Source of the DNA: the human T2T-CHM13v2.0 reference genome, Homo sapiens
DNA length: 64,000 nt
Direction: 5' to 3' (one strand)
Assembly: GCF_009914755.1 (NCBI RefSeq)
Contig: NC_060934.1
Below are positions 18,761 through 38,891 of this stretch, in pieces. The translations under genes were made by a program, and so were the position numbers. Numbering within the stretch: position 1 is the first letter of the stretch; the number at the start of each line of letters is the position of its first letter. The notes below the pieces were generated by a model. That model did not search any database, was not told the DNA's origin, and saw only the letters and a program-made list of their open reading frames with translations.

Positions 18761-21204
18761 TCTCAGTTATCCTTATTTTTTAGGACTTTTAACTAGGGAG
18801 GAGTAAGGATTAAGAACAATCACCTGGGGATACTTTAAAAATTCTCACAGGTTCTAGAATACTTGTGGAGTAGAATAGGCACAGGTAGTCTATTAATAGC
18901 ATGGATGCTATTTAGAAATCTCCTCAAATAAACATCTTAACTGTTCTCTCTGGTGGTTTGAGAATGTCTAACACAGAAATGTCCAGTCCTTAAAAGTAAT
19001 TTCTAAGTTTCTGCTCTACCTTGGTATTTAAGAGCACAAATCACCTATTGGATCTAACTAGTTCTGTGACCCTTATCAATTTAGTTAGTAACTTTTTCAC
19101 TCATTTGCCTTGTCTGTCAAGTGGGGATAATAATGATACCTATGTGATAACGTTTTAACATAAGTAAATGAATATATGAATGTAACATGTTTACCACTTT
19201 CCTGGTACAAAATATACACCAATAAGAAAATATATGATTATGCTGGCTGTAGTGGTGGGAGTAGTGGTGATAATGCTCTCTAACACAGAAGATTCCTTAG
19301 TATGTTTTGATTTAGAAATGCACAATAATTTAGTGTATAATTCCCAAAATTTAATTACAAAAGTGCAATTGTTTTGATGATATGGTTTTCCTCACATAAT
19401 CAAATCATGCATACCTCCTCATTTATTAAAGAAATTAATGTTCAACAATATAAGCGTTTCTCTTAAAGGCTGTATACAAAGAAGCTATTTCTGTCAGAAA
19501 CTATGAGAATTTCCCATTACCAACGTGGAGATGGAGTCAATGACAAAATACTGGGGCTAGTTAGAAGAGGGATAAAAGGTTTCTGTCTACCCAACGGCAT
19601 ACTCCCTACCTCAGACCTGCGCCTTCACTATTCAGAAGAAGCTGTCCCGGTGACTCCCGCCTACCCATGTCTATTTGTCTGTTTCTTTCCCTGCATTCCT
19701 TCACAGTCCATTAGTGAAACATTGTCCTCATTTATGTGGAAACCTACTTATTCATTATTGCAAAACCATCGGGGATAGAAGTAGATTAGCAAGGTGTCCT
19801 AAAATATTGACTTTTGAATACTAAAGTCAAAAGGAATGGGTAAGAAAGAACTTAAGAGAGTCATGCTCCTTGGGAATTGGTTATGCTTTTTTCCTCTGTT
19901 TTTCAAAAATTTATGTTAGTGTATGCATCAAATAATTTATGACTAAACTCTCTTACATATATTCATATAACTAGGAAAGAGCATCATACATATTTTTATC
20001 TCTTTCAGAACTTTATAAAACAAATGGCAATCACTAGAATATGGCTAGAGACTGTGACAATCATTCCACTCTTCAGTTTAAGGTCTGAAGTGAAAATTGA
20101 AACAGCAATCAGGTGAACGGTAACTGGGGCCAAGGAGAATTTATCCATGCAGTGTTATTAGCAAAACGCCTGGTCTAATTTATTTAAAAGATGAGGAACA
20201 GAATAAAATTAATTAAAACAACACAATCTAAAACAACTTTTGAACGTTTAAAAACACCCTACAGCATTAATGGAAAGGAATAATTCAGAAGAAAAACATG
20301 TTTTTAGTATAAAATAAACAGGAAAATATCAGTCCAAGAAATATAATTAAATTTCAAAAAGCATGAGCTTTTTATTTAAAAAAAATCAAGAAAACACTGA
20401 CTCTGTTGACAAGAGGGATGAAAAATATGAGAAGCCAATGGAAAGAGCTACAAAGGGACCTGACTGATGGGTGTGCCCATGGAAAGAGAGGAGCCAGCTG
20501 ACCCGCCTGTGGGCACTTGAACCAGAGCCTCTGGAAGTGTTGACTTAGAAGCTAGTCCCATGGAGGAAAGACTGGCACAGAGTAGGCTGTCAATCAATAC
20601 TACTTAAATCTGTTAGGAAAGAGAACGGATGGTGCAGAAGTACACACAAAAATGAAAACGCTAAGGAAATGAAACAAACAAGACTCTAATTAAATGACTT
20701 GTTTATTGGAGTAGAAAGCAGAGTTCACATTGCAAAAATTGAATCAGTGATATTGGGACACACGTAAATAAAAGTTTATCCATTTAATAGGTAAAAAGAA
20801 CAGAGTTATGCCTTTTATATTATTAAAAGATATATACCGCACTCAAAAATAACTTTATGCATTAAATAGAAAAACAGTAAAATATATATAATTGACACTT
20901 AGAAATACAGGTAGAAGTTAAGAGACACCAATTCATGGGTGGAGACTTCCAAAATGCTTTCATAAAAACACTTAAATAAACTAAATACACCCACAGTTGA
21001 AAACATTTTCTAGTAATTAAAACTTATATATTCCAAAATTTAGTATTTTAATCATGAAAGTGTGTTTCACATACTCATGTGCACTCTAAACATTTTGTAA
21101 GTTAAAAATGTGACTTTTAAAACTTGAAAATATAATTTGTTACGCATCTTCAAACAGGAAGTTTTAAATGGACCAGCAGCACAATGTGACTTCGAGTCTC
21201 TCTC

Positions 21205-21465
21205 CTAATGCCTAAATGTAATGTTATGCTCTAAATTGTATCCTGGAACAGAAAATAGACAATAAATAAACTGAGGAATTCCGAACAAGTATGATCTTTA
21301 GATATCAATAGTTCATCAATACTGATTCATTAATTATATCAAATATACCATAGTAAGATATTAATAATAGAGAAAACTGGGTTTGGGGCTTTACAGGAAC
21401 ACCATACTATTTTCACACATTTTCTGTAAATCTAAAATGGTTCTGAAATTAAAATTCTATTTAAA
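21205..21465 (+). mobile_element. Old L1M 3' end
   Basis: ggaaactgggt...catactattttcacac...tgtaaatctaaaat. Confidence 0.55.
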
Positions 21466-23366
21466 TCAATTGCAATATATAAAATTAATTAAATCTGAAT
21501 TGTGGAAAATATCGCTTTTATTCAAATTTTCCTTGACAGCTTTTTAAAACAAAGCTTTTGTTTTCTATTTTTAGGTGAAACTGCACGCATTTTCAGTCAA
21601 ACTGTTTATTTGTAACAATATGTGCAATAGTAAAAGCTTTATAACTTCCAGAGTCATAATAATGGAAAACAAAGCACACTGTTGGTTTTATTTTTGGAAA
21701 GTTATATGAAACATATAACCTCTTATTTAAGATTTATGATAACAATTCTATGGTATTCAGTAAGGGACTATAATTTACATAAAATATAAGTTGATTTTAT
21801 CTCAATGATTGTGAAAAGATTAACAAATATCCAAGCTAAAGTAAGAATCCATATCTAGATTAGAAAGAAATATAAACTATATAATTATTTACTCTAAAAA
21901 TATTATATACAATTATATGATTAGAGTTTTAATAATAACAAAACAGTATCAAATATTTTACATATATTCTGTAATCTGCCCTGAACAAAATTCCTTAACT
22001 TAACCTTTTTGAGAGGAGCTACCTATGAAGTCTAAAAAAGTTTAATTCAAATTTGTTTTAATATCAGCAACTCTTCAACCTTTTCCTGACTCTGCCAAGA
22101 AATTTACCTTCCTAATCTCTCTTACTATGTAAATTTCTCTCTGTGTGTGTATGAGTGTGTATTAGAGAGAGAGAGAGAGAGACTAAGACAGAAAGGGAGA
22201 AATGTATAGGAAAATGAGATAGGAAGGGTTATAATAACAGCTTTCCTTTTCTCCCTCCTGAAGTCCCCATTTTCGTTTCTGAGAGCTGATCTGGGATAGG
22301 ATGGGCTAAAGGAACAGAGAAAACCAGAGTGCCAGAAAGAGCTAGAAGGGGAAGTGGGGGCCTGAAGATCAAATACTAAAGAAGGAGCTAACAGATGGCA
22401 AGGAAAGTGGTCAGCATGGCATGCAGGCAGATGGGGTCCTAGTTAGTGAAGACCCACAGGGTGGAGGGTAATCCCATGCAAGGGTCAAGTGTAATTCAGT
22501 GACAATATAGGCAACATGGGAGACCTAACACAGTGAACCAGCGATTGGCAGGTTTGTAAGGACGGTGTTCAGACTGCAGTTTTGTTTTGTTTTGTTTTGT
22601 TTTTTTTAAAGATTAAGTGATCCTGAAATTGGCATTCCATGTCATTTTAAAAGATAAATGGTAAAGCAAATGTTTTATTCACATGTCTTTATTTCTCCCC
22701 TCCCCACTTTTCCCTCCACTCTTCTTTTTTTTAATGTGGAAGTTTAAAATCCCATCTCACATTTATTTATTTATTTATTAAGTATAAATAATGGGAAAAC
22801 TTCACTTGGATAGGGAACACGTAGATTTGTAGATTATATATTATTTTATTATTAATTATATATTAGTAGATTAGTAGATTTGCGTCATTATTTAGCCTTT
22901 ACTGCCGCTTAGTGGTAAGGAAGAGCTATAAGTTGACTGAGAGAGGATCAACTGAGCAAGTCAGCGAACAATAGCAATGCATCTGAGATGTATTGAGAGT
23001 ATTACTTGTAATTACTTTTTATATTTTGTAGGCAAAGAGCTCTTACTGCTTTACATGTAAGGTTTATTGAATATACTCTCCACGACAAAGTTTTATGTTG
23101 TAAGCATTGTATGACTTTTAGTATTACCTGAAATGTAATGAAGTTTGGGCTAGTGATGTTGTTGGTTGTTTTTGTATTCTGATTACAGAACTGCATTTTG
23201 AGAGGCTGAATATAAACTAAATGCATCCTTAGCGGCTGGCCTAGAAACTTACTTCCCCTGAGTGAAGCTGCACATTGGGAACTGTGGGTGGTAGAACATG
23301 TTTATTAAAACACTTTATTCTCTTATTTTATTATTATATTATGCCTTAATTACGGTAATTTATTAG

Positions 23367-23735
<369 letters not shown>

Positions 23736-23903
23736 CATTTTGTATGTTTCTTAACGTCTTGTCCAGAATTGCTGCTCAATAAATGTTTGCTCAGTTAATC
23801 TTATTGAATAAGGCAAAACAATGTCATTTTCACTATTAATTAAGACTGGCTCTGCATTAGCAGAGCAGGGACTCTGAAGTATTTGTCTCAAAAGCACCTT
23901 TTT

Positions 23904-24021
23904 CCCAAAAGCATTAGGCAACTTTAGAACTAGAGATTACGGAAAAGTTATTAGAGTGAAATACCCAAAAGCATTAGGCAAACTTTAGAACTAGAGATTA
24001 CGGAAAAGGTATTGGAGTGAA
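23904..24021. repeat. ~60-bp direct tandem duplication (2 copies)
   Basis: cccaaaagcattaggca...agagtgaa at 23904 and 23964. Confidence 0.9.
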
Positions 24022-24242
24022 GTCATTGAATGACCTTTGCTTTACTCATACGTTCTCTAACCAAATGGATACAGATCAGAGAGTCTTAGCGTTATAACGG
24101 GCCATAGACATTGCCTGAACCAATAGTTAAACCAGAAAAAAATATTCCAAGGAACACTTGAAGGTGTATTGAACTGTTAAAAACCTAAAAGTTAAGAGAA
24201 CTAAGAATCCAAACGGTGATTGCTTAAAACAACAACAAAATG

Positions 24243-24530
24243 CTAGCAGAGCACCGTGGCTCAGCCCTGTAATCCCAGCAGTTTGGGAGCCTGAGGCAGG
24301 AGGGTTGTTTTAGGCCAGGAGTTCCAGACCAGCCTGGGCAACATGTAAGACCCTGTTGCTACAAAAAATAAATACGTAAATAGTCAGATGTGGTGGCGTG
24401 TCCTTGCAGTCTCAGCTACTTGGGAGGATTGCTTGAGCCCAGGAGTTTGAGGCTGCAATGAGCTATGATCGTACCACTGCACTTCTGCCTGGGTAACACA
24501 GTAAGACCCTGTCTCGAAAAAATAAAAAAA
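24243..24530 (+). mobile_element. AluJ
   Basis: Diverged Alu with a deletion in the right arm. Confidence 0.8.
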
Positions 24531-25459
24531 AGCCACCTCACAAAAGAATACTACTAACCACTACTGCAAAGAACATATACTTTTAACAAAAGTAGCTTCA
24601 TGTGGTTTGTGTGCATTCTCAAATACTTAAAAGTGATCCATACTTTATACGTGGTTCTAAATGCTTCTGTAAGATCTCAGATTTATTTGAGTTTGAACCT
24701 TTAATGTATGGCTTAAGCAAGTGGGTGAAGGAACTCTGAACCCTGCCTGCTTTCTCTCAGCTCTGCCTCACTGAAGATGGGAACGCAGCCCTCCTCAGAG
24801 GCAACTGGGACACCTGGCTGCAGTGCCCACGTGACATTCCTGTGGAGAAAAGCACTTTAGGGCCAGTCTCCAGATGCCCTCTCATGGGTCTTCTGATTTC
24901 ACATGAAGCCTGGGAGAAAACAAAGCAAAAAAATGTGAGAAGAACTACACTGCCCTTCCCAAATAGAAACCTGTTGTGCAGAGGCACATGCAACTGAGGA
25001 CAGAGCTCAGCATTTTAAATTAAATTTGCATATAGTTTCTGTGACCTCATTTGACAGACTGTTTTTGAGCTCCCTGTTGCCAATGTGTCCATTTTCCTGT
25101 TCATTTAAACCTAAAGGAATACTCACATCAGCCGCAACAGGTGACTTTGTTGTACTGGTGCTCCTGTATCCTCTTACGGCTGTCACAATGACACTGATAT
25201 CACACAGTGACATGAACCTAGATGTACGGTACATGCAGAAGAAGAATGTGCCATGGTTAGCCCAGCAGTCATTAAATGAGCTAAAATTGTGATAAGAGAA
25301 AAAGAAACAAGTGTCATACACTACATTCAAGGTACCCAGAAGTGAAAATGGAGTAAATAATCTTGACCGATTCACGACGGCAAAGCCACATTGCCTATGT
25401 CATTCATGATTCTTCTCTATAATCTGTGTTTATGGAGTAGATCTATGTACAGCCTCTAT

Positions 25460-25960
25460 TACACAGAATAAGGTTCAACTGAATGTGACAGAAAATCCCC
25501 CAAATAACAGTTCCTTAGACAAGTGAGCATACTTTTTGCTCATGTAAAATCAGACAGAGGCTCGGTCATCCAGGTTTGGCGTGGCAGCTCTGCTTCATGA
25601 GCCATAAGAACTCTGCGCTCCCCAGCTTTGCCCAGGACACAGCTCCCTTACTCAGAGTCACATATGGCTGCTGGAGCTCCAGGAAACACAACTCCATCCC
25701 AAGCTGCAATCATGAAAAAGGAGGAAAAAACAAAACAAAACAAAAAACAAAAAACAAAAAAAACAAAATAACTCCTCCAGTAAGGAAAATCCCTGGAAGT
25801 CACAGACAATTCTGCCTCTATCTCACTTTCCCAACTTTAGTTCCATGGCCACACTGTGCCACAAGGGAGGCTAAGAAGTGTAGTATTTACATGGATGATG
25901 ATGTTATCAACTGAATATGTGGGGCTCTAGTAACTAACAAAAAATGAGAGAATAAATATC
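25460..25960 (-). mobile_element. Old MLT1 (J/K-like) LTR
   Basis: atggctgctggagctccag...caagggaggctaagaagtgtagt. Confidence 0.5.
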
Positions 25961-26189
25961 GGGAAGAAACTAGGATTTTTAGACACACAGAACACTCATT
26001 CTATAATAGTAGTGATTCCTTTTTAAGAAACTATTTTACATTAACAAGAAAAGACTTGTGAAATCCAACAGAACACTGAGAAGCATATGAATGTAATTCA
26101 AAGTAGGAAAAACTTTAATAGATTAAAAATATGTGAAGGGAAACTCAGAAAAATTAGGGATCAGATAAATGACACAAAAGAGCACTTTA

Positions 26190-26491
<302 letters not shown>

Positions 26492-29222
26492 TTATATCAA
26501 TTTATTAATTTTAGAAATTTGCATTATGCCAAATTTAGTGGAAATGTATGTGGACATGTTCATGCTTTATCTCAAGGATGCAGACACAGTTGGTGATTTT
26601 CTTCATATTTAGTGAAAATAATTATGTATATACTTTAAGTCCCGATCATCACATCCTGGGCATATTCCCCTGACAAGAAGCCATAGAAGACATTTTCAAA
26701 GATCTTATTTGCAACATTTACTGTTCTGCAACATACACTAAATTTAGATGACCTTTACTTGGAGATTTTATGCATGAGACATGGATGTGTTTATTGTATA
26801 CATTTATATTTATATACATATATATTTCTGTATCTATATCATATACACACAATTGCATACACACAATTTTACACACAATTTCATATAAATGTATTTGCAG
26901 GTTGGCAAGAGGGCCCAATGATCCCTAGTATAAGTGTATTTGCACCTGTTTTTTGTTTGTGTGTGCTTATTTTCCAGCTGTGTTTATTTTATACATTTAC
27001 ATTTATAGATGTGTATATTTTTCTCTATATATTATAGTGATTACACACAATTTCATCATTATGTAAGATAGCTATATTAACTATATGTTTTATAGGAAAT
27101 AGATATTTGTGCACATATATGCATACATACATACAAATAAAGCACTATTAGTAGGCCTCAAAAACAGTGCTGTATGAATACAGTGACCATATTCTAAGAA
27201 GTGGATGGCTGTCTATAAATAATGACTTATGCATGCTATTTCTCCCACTCCTACACTTACCAAGATGAAGGGGTTTTCCCAGCTTTCACTTGAATAAACT
27301 CTTGGAAATGAGATTCTCTTCTTTTGATTATTTGACAAATTTATACCAAAATAGTGGGCTTTTATAATCAATATCTTTATGATTGATTTTCCTAAATATT
27401 ATTTTTTTAAACATTGAATTGTATCCCTTGTTTGTCTTTTATTTTCCACAAGCAGATGGAACTTCCTCCCCCACAAGCAGATGGAAGAACCTGTGCAGTG
27501 TCACTTCGGGGAAGCTACGTGGCAGGGTGGAAGTAGAATGAACCTGCACATTTTTAAAACATTTTTTTACTTTGGTCCTTGGAGGACCCAAGGGACTTGT
27601 AAAGAAGAAGAAGGGGGTAGACTGTGAGTTTGTAGCTAAAAGAAGAAGAGAGATGACCCAGCAACCTAGAGAAGCAGGAAGAAAATGTGTGTTCCACCTT
27701 CCTCTCCTCCCCAGAATTCTGCAGTGTGTGGAGAAGAGTAGAGTGGTCTCCGGCCTCCATGAGAGGGCCTGGACCAGACCCTGCTGAATGCAGAGAGCTA
27801 TCTGCAGGGTGAGCGTCCAGGCAGACAGGACCCAGGGTGGCCGCACAAAAGATTCCCCCAGTACGGTGAGGTGTAGAAGCAGCAGCGAGCCAGCACTTCT
27901 GAAGGAGATGACTGAGCTCAATTCTTCTTTTCTGAAGAGGCTTTGCTCCTAAGGAGTCCCTGTACTTCTCTTTCTGCCAGAGTAAACCTAGCTTCCATAC
28001 ACTTACTGTCAAGGCACGTGACAACTCTATAGCACCCCCCAGGAATCATCAAAATCTGAACTAAAAACCCAGAGCATAGGCGGTTGGCTGCTGAGTGACC
28101 CCCAACAAAGGCAAGGACAGTAGGGTCATTGCAGACCTCAGGTCTTACTACTCTCCAGTGAGGAGGGAGGAGACTCCAAATGGTTGCTGTCACCCAGACC
28201 TCCTCCCGATATGCTCACGCAGAGAGGATGAGGCAGAAGAGCCACTGCCTGCCTTGCCACTCACCTCCGATACTTGGCTTTATCCTTTGTGTCTCACTCT
28301 AGGACTATTTATTCGTTTCCTGGTGCTCTAGGACACAGCAGAGAGAGCTGACTGGCTATTCTGGGATGAATGGAGATGCCAAAAGCCTATGGAACCGGGT
28401 AATATCAGGTGATTTTCCATTCAAGTCCTATCTGGTTGGTACCTCCATGAGATTTTAAAAATAGAAAAGACGAGGCTTTCTGTAGGTCCATGTATTTCAG
28501 CCTGGCCTTTGGATGCAGAGGCCAGCTGGGAAGCTAGCAGTGCTTCTGGCCAAGACTAGATCCCTAGCGCAGAGCCTCAGGGCTCTCTGTAGCTTCCCAG
28601 CTTGTGCATGCACAGTTCATATCTGACATGATAGCATCACATCACTGCGCAAGCTAAGCTTTAGTATGGTGACAGACACTATCCATTCACTGAGTCAGCA
28701 GTGTCCAAGAGACTTTTTCTGATGTGGTTTTCATTGCCTGCCAACAATTTCGGAGTCTAGAAAGCCAGAACCCTGTTTTCCATGTGTTTTATTTTTATGA
28801 AAGAAACTTCATGCACCTGACTCCTCAAGCACCTCAAGAACAACTGCAGAATTTTCTCAATCCAGATGAAACTGGCTGGAACAAACTTCCTCAGAATTGA
28901 GGAGCCTTCAGAATCTGACCCATTTTCCTGGTTCCTGAAAGCTGTCAATGGTCCTCAGCAGAGACCTTCCCTGGCCTCACTGTCCCTCTGGCCTTTTACC
29001 ATCACGCTCCTCCCGCACTCACACTGCCCCCAGCAGGTGTTGAAGGCTCAGACCTGGACTTTCTTTCTCTCTGCACAAAGGCTCTTCTCCACCCACTTAA
29101 ACGGGGCACCACATAAGCACTTAAGGTGTTCAAAAGGAGAGCACCGATCCTGACTGCCAGGTTGTGGGGATGTGGACAACTTTTGCACTGGAGGGTGATG
29201 GCACCTGGGCTGGGTCTGGTTA

Positions 29223-29714
<492 letters not shown>

Positions 29715-29834
29715 TTATTTTCTGGTTGTGTTTATTTTATATATTTAAATTTATATATGTCTATATATTTATCCCTATATATTATACACCTATGTCTGTA
29801 TATATGATATCTATATTTACTGAGGTATAGATAC

Positions 29835-30410
29835 ATTGTACAGGCCAAGGGCAAACTTCTCCTTTGCCCTCTTGAGTTTCTCTAAAGTAACATTTGACCA
29901 AAGGCAGATTAATCAGAGAAAAAGCATGCAAATGTATATACATTTGAAATATGTGCACATGAAATATGCAGAATATAGGAACTCAAAGAGAAGCAAAGGG
30001 TTGATGTTTTATGACATCTTCAGGTAACACAAAGAATAGGGGCATGGATAGTGGCAAAACAGGGGATGGTGGCAAAACCAGTTATCAGAGGAGACAGAAA
30101 GGCCCGGCTAGGAAAGGTGGTCTTGTTATTTACAAGAATCCTCACAGGTGGTAGCCCTCAGAGAAAGAGTTGGTAATTTTTTTTTCTCAGACCTCTAAAT
30201 GTGTCAGATTCTCAGTTCATCTTTCTTACATCCAGAAAAGGGAGGGCCTTAGAGCTTCAATTATGACTCTATCAATGCGGCTTTTCTATAAAGTTGCGAA
30301 TCTCACCTGCAAAAGACAACTTTGTAGGGCTCCTTCTGATTGCAGGCCCTCTGAAAGGCTATCTCAAAATATGTCAAAGAAGTATATTTTGGGTATAATG
30401 TTATAGTTTC
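29835..30410 (-). mobile_element. ERV1 solo LTR (MER34/MER39-like)
   Basis: aggcagattaatcagagaaaaagcatgcaaat...aaaatatgtcaaagaagtatattttggg. Confidence 0.6.
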
Positions 30411-31000
30411 CATATGTATGTGTGTGTGTGTGTTTGTGTGTAGATGGTTTTTACTCTTTTGCATAGAGAAACAGCACCACAGTCTGGTAAAAAGCACTAC
30501 GATACTGTATGTATAAAAACCTGTATATCAGTTTTTAATTCTTTCTATGTTGATGCATATATTCACATGTCACATATTTCATGATACATTTTAAATATTC
30601 GTATTTGTGTGTATATTTATTTCTGGTTATATCTTTGCTTGTGTATTCTATGTGTGAAACACTCCAGGCTCACAGTGTGCCCCACACTGTTCCCTAATAG
30701 TAGAGATTCCAAATCCCTGAGCCCCCACTGAGTGTGGTTGCTCTGGTGGACTGGGAAGATGCAGCTGTGCTGTGAAAACCTCACCTGCTCCTGCGTAGTT
30801 CAGTCAGCCGTGAAGGACACCCTTGAATGCAACCACCTAAGGTATCCAAAACAAGAGCACCTATGCTGATTGACAGCTTCTGGCGATGTGGACAGCTTTT
30901 AAGTTAGAGGATGATGGCCTTTGGACTAGCCCTGCTTCAAAAGGAAGGCTGGGTGTTTACCATCTGCAAAGGGGTCACGTAATGTGGCTTTTTGGCTCCA

Positions 31001-31018
31001 TGCCAGTAGGTGGCAGCA
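31001..31018 (+). promoter_or_regulatory. Strong CTCF motif
   Basis: tgccagtaggtggcagca matches CCASYAGRKGGCRS. Confidence 0.75.
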
Positions 31019-31669
31019 TTGCCCAATGGCCAGGAGTGTAAAAGTACGTGCATTTGTGTGTGGGGGTGTGTGTGTCTTTGTGTGAGATTTTTGGGTTATG
31101 TTTAGTTTATACGTGTGTGTGTGTATACCCACATGCTTGAGGGTTTATGATTTATATATGAGTATACATACATACATATCTGAATATATGTACACACATG
31201 CATATTTATATATAAATCTATGTGATTATATAAGTTTATTAAGTAATACATATTTTTATGTATTAATTTACATATGTAGGCTTTCTTGTTCCTGCCTGGA
31301 GGCATACCACCACAAAGGGAAACAGCTCTTAAAAGTTCCATGTATAAATATCTATGTTTTAATTTTTATTTATTTATATGTTGATGCATATATTTATATA
31401 GATTATCAATTTCTTCATATATTAAAAATATAGACATGGATTTGTGTATGTGTTTTTTCGAGTTATGCCTTAACTGGTGCCCTGTATGTGTGAAGCACTC
31501 CAGACCTGCAGACCCCACTGCTTCATTTCTCCAGAGAAGCAGTTTCCACACACTGAGCCCCACTGATTGTCTATCCCCTGGAAGAGTGGAAAGGCACCTC
31601 TGTTCCATCTGGTTGCTACCTCCCTGAGCTTCAAAGGACAGAAGAGATGGGGCTTTCTTTTGGGTGTAA

Positions 31670-32316
<647 letters not shown>

Positions 32317-32673
32317 TGAGTCTGCCCTGGTTTCTCGAGATGCAGCTGGAGCCTGCCATAACAGGCTCATGCAGGTCTGTGTAGTCTTCAGAATAAATTG
32401 GGGGCCACTTTCCTGGTCCCCGAATGCTCTGAGGAGCATTCAGAGCCATCCTGTTCTGGCCTTGCTGACCCTCAGGCCCGCAGCACCCTTACTGCACCCA
32501 GACTCATGCTGCGCCGAGTTCCTCCTGTGTGTTCAGACCTAGCCTGTTTTCATCCTCCTGGAAAGCCTCTTCTCCACGCCCCCAAACCGGGATGCCTCTC
32601 TATGTCCCCACCTCAACTATCAAAAAAGGAGTCCCTGTCCTGAGTGACAGCTTCTGGATAAGTGGGCAGCTTT

Positions 32674-32691
32674 CCCACTAGAGGACGATGG
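32674..32691 (+). promoter_or_regulatory. CTCF-like motif
   Basis: cccactagaggacgatgg. Confidence 0.5.
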
Positions 32692-33837
32692 CCCTTGGGC
32701 GGGATCTGATCAAAGGGCCATGTTCAGGTGTTTGTCATTTGTGGAGGCTCACACAGAACTGGCAGGAAAGGAGACTTTGGGCCTCTTTGTTTCACTCCAC
32801 TGCCAGTCTGTGGTAAGGGGGCCCAGTGGCTTCTCATATAAGTGCAAGTGCATCTGTGTGGATTTGGGGTAACATGTTTGGGTTATGTTTATTTTATACA
32901 TAGAGACTTATACATATATTCCTATATTTATATATTTGTTCATACATGTTTTTCTATATATAAATACAGATTATACAGAATATTTACATTCACTGATTTA
33001 TATGAATATGTATATATTTATGTATGTGTGGATAGATAGATAGATAGATAGATAGGGAGATAGATTTTCTTCTTGCCTGAGTGGAGAAACACCACCATGG
33101 ACAGGCAGAAAGCCCTACCCAGTTTCCTGTATAAATATATACATGTATATATATATACATCTTAATTTATTTATATGCTGATACATATATTCACATATGT
33201 TAAATATGCCCTTATATCTTTAACAAACACGTTTCTGAATGTGGATATATCTATTTCTCGCTATGTCTTAGCTGGGACCCTGAATGTGTGAAACACTCCA
33301 GACCAACAGCCTGGGGCTCCCTGTTCCTCCAGATCAGTGATTCCCAAAGCTGAGGCCCCACCCAGTGTTGATTGGCCCAGTGGGAAGATGCAGCTGTGAA
33401 TTTGACTTTGGGCGTCAGGGCCATCGCTTCCCTCAGTGTTTGAGGGAAGTCATGCTGCTGCTCTTAGTCCCCAAATGCTCTCGAGGGCACTCAGTGCAGT
33501 CTCACTCTGGCCTGCCTGCCCCTCCATCCTGTGCCATTTTACCTCACCTGCTTTCTCTGCTCCCAGTGCATCCTGAGGGCTCAGACACTTCTTTCTCTCC
33601 ATGGAAAGCCACTTCTCTTCTCACCAAACTAATTGTATTGCCCCCACCTGAAGTGCTCGAAAGAAGCCCAGCTAACCTGATACACAAGTTCTGGGAAACT
33701 GGCCATTTTTCCCAATGGAGGGTGATGGCCCTTGGACTGTCTCTCGTTAAAGGGCAATGGCCAGGTGTTTCCCATCTATGACCAGTGACATGGACCTGGC
33801 AGGAAAGGACTCCTGCTGGCTTAAGTGTTCCCTAGGC

Positions 33838-33855
33838 TGCTAGTAGGTGGCATGA
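33838..33855 (+). promoter_or_regulatory. CTCF-like motif
   Basis: tgctagtaggtggcatga. Confidence 0.55.
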
Positions 33856-34999
33856 AGGCCACAGGGGACCGATGGCCCCTAATACGCATGCAAGTGCATC
33901 AGTTTGTAGTACGTGTGGTATTTTCATTGAGTTTTGGGTAATGTTTATTTTATACATATATATGTATATTTATAAATTTATTTTAAATATATGTATTTAT
34001 ATATAAATATATATAATTTTACCAAATATCCAAATTTATTCCGTCATAAGAATATGTATATTTTATGTTTTCTAATCACCTGCATGAAAAAACACCAAAG
34101 TAGGCTGGCAGAGAGTGCAGCAAAGATCTATGTCTACACATCTGTATTTCTATTTATATGTTCATACACATGTTTACATGCTACATACTTCCTTATACCT
34201 TTAAATGTAAACACATTTATATGTGTGAATATATTTATTTCTAGTTATTATTTTTAGTTTTAAAACAAATATTATTTTTGATAATACATGATTATTGCAG
34301 AAAATATGGAAAACAGACTATTATTGAAAAGTTAAAAATCCCTCATGTTCACTATGCAGAGATAATCATAGTTGGAACTCATGACTCCTTCCAGATGTAT
34401 TTCCTCACTCTGAATTATGCTTATTGTACAAAAACATACAATGCCAATATATCAACCATAAAAACATACTTTTAGAAAATTAGAATACTGAATTTATATT
34501 TTTTTTCATATATTGTGACTATTTCCTTTATCTATAATGATAAGACACAAGGCCTTTCCAAAGTATAAAAAGAGACTTTGAAATATAAAAATAGGTGAAA
34601 AAACATGAACAATATAAAATGATGAATAAACAAAGAAATTCTTACCATTTCACATGAGGAATCTTTAGTTTTCACAGATTGCAAACTTCTAGAGTACCCA
34701 AATATAGAAAAGTATGAAATGGAAAAAAAATAAAACTTAGGAGTAAAATATTTGATTAAATTAGTTACTAAGCAGAATTTTTTTAAGTTTTTTTAATTAT
34801 TATTAAACTTTAAGTTTTAGGGTACATGTGCACAACGTGCAGGTTTGTTACATATGTATACATGTGCCATGTTGGTGTGCTGAACCCATTAACTGGTCAT
34901 TTAGCATTAGGTATATCTCCTAATGCTATCCCTCCCCCCTCCCCCCACCCCACAAAGTCCCCTGTGTGTGATGTTCCCCTTCCTATATCCATGTGTTCT

Positions 35000-38829
<3,830 letters not shown>

Positions 38830-38891
38830 ATGATGCTAGCTGGTTATTTTGCTCATTAGTTGATGCAGTTTCTTCCTAGTCTTGATGGTCT

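Noticed and set aside
25007-25375. Minus-strand ORF with a donor-like GTGAGT near 25120
   Set aside because: No recognisable protein and no convincing acceptor
27439-28331. Overlapping ORFs in a purine-rich block
   Set aside because: No recognisable protein; more likely an old LTR-like sequence that I cannot classify
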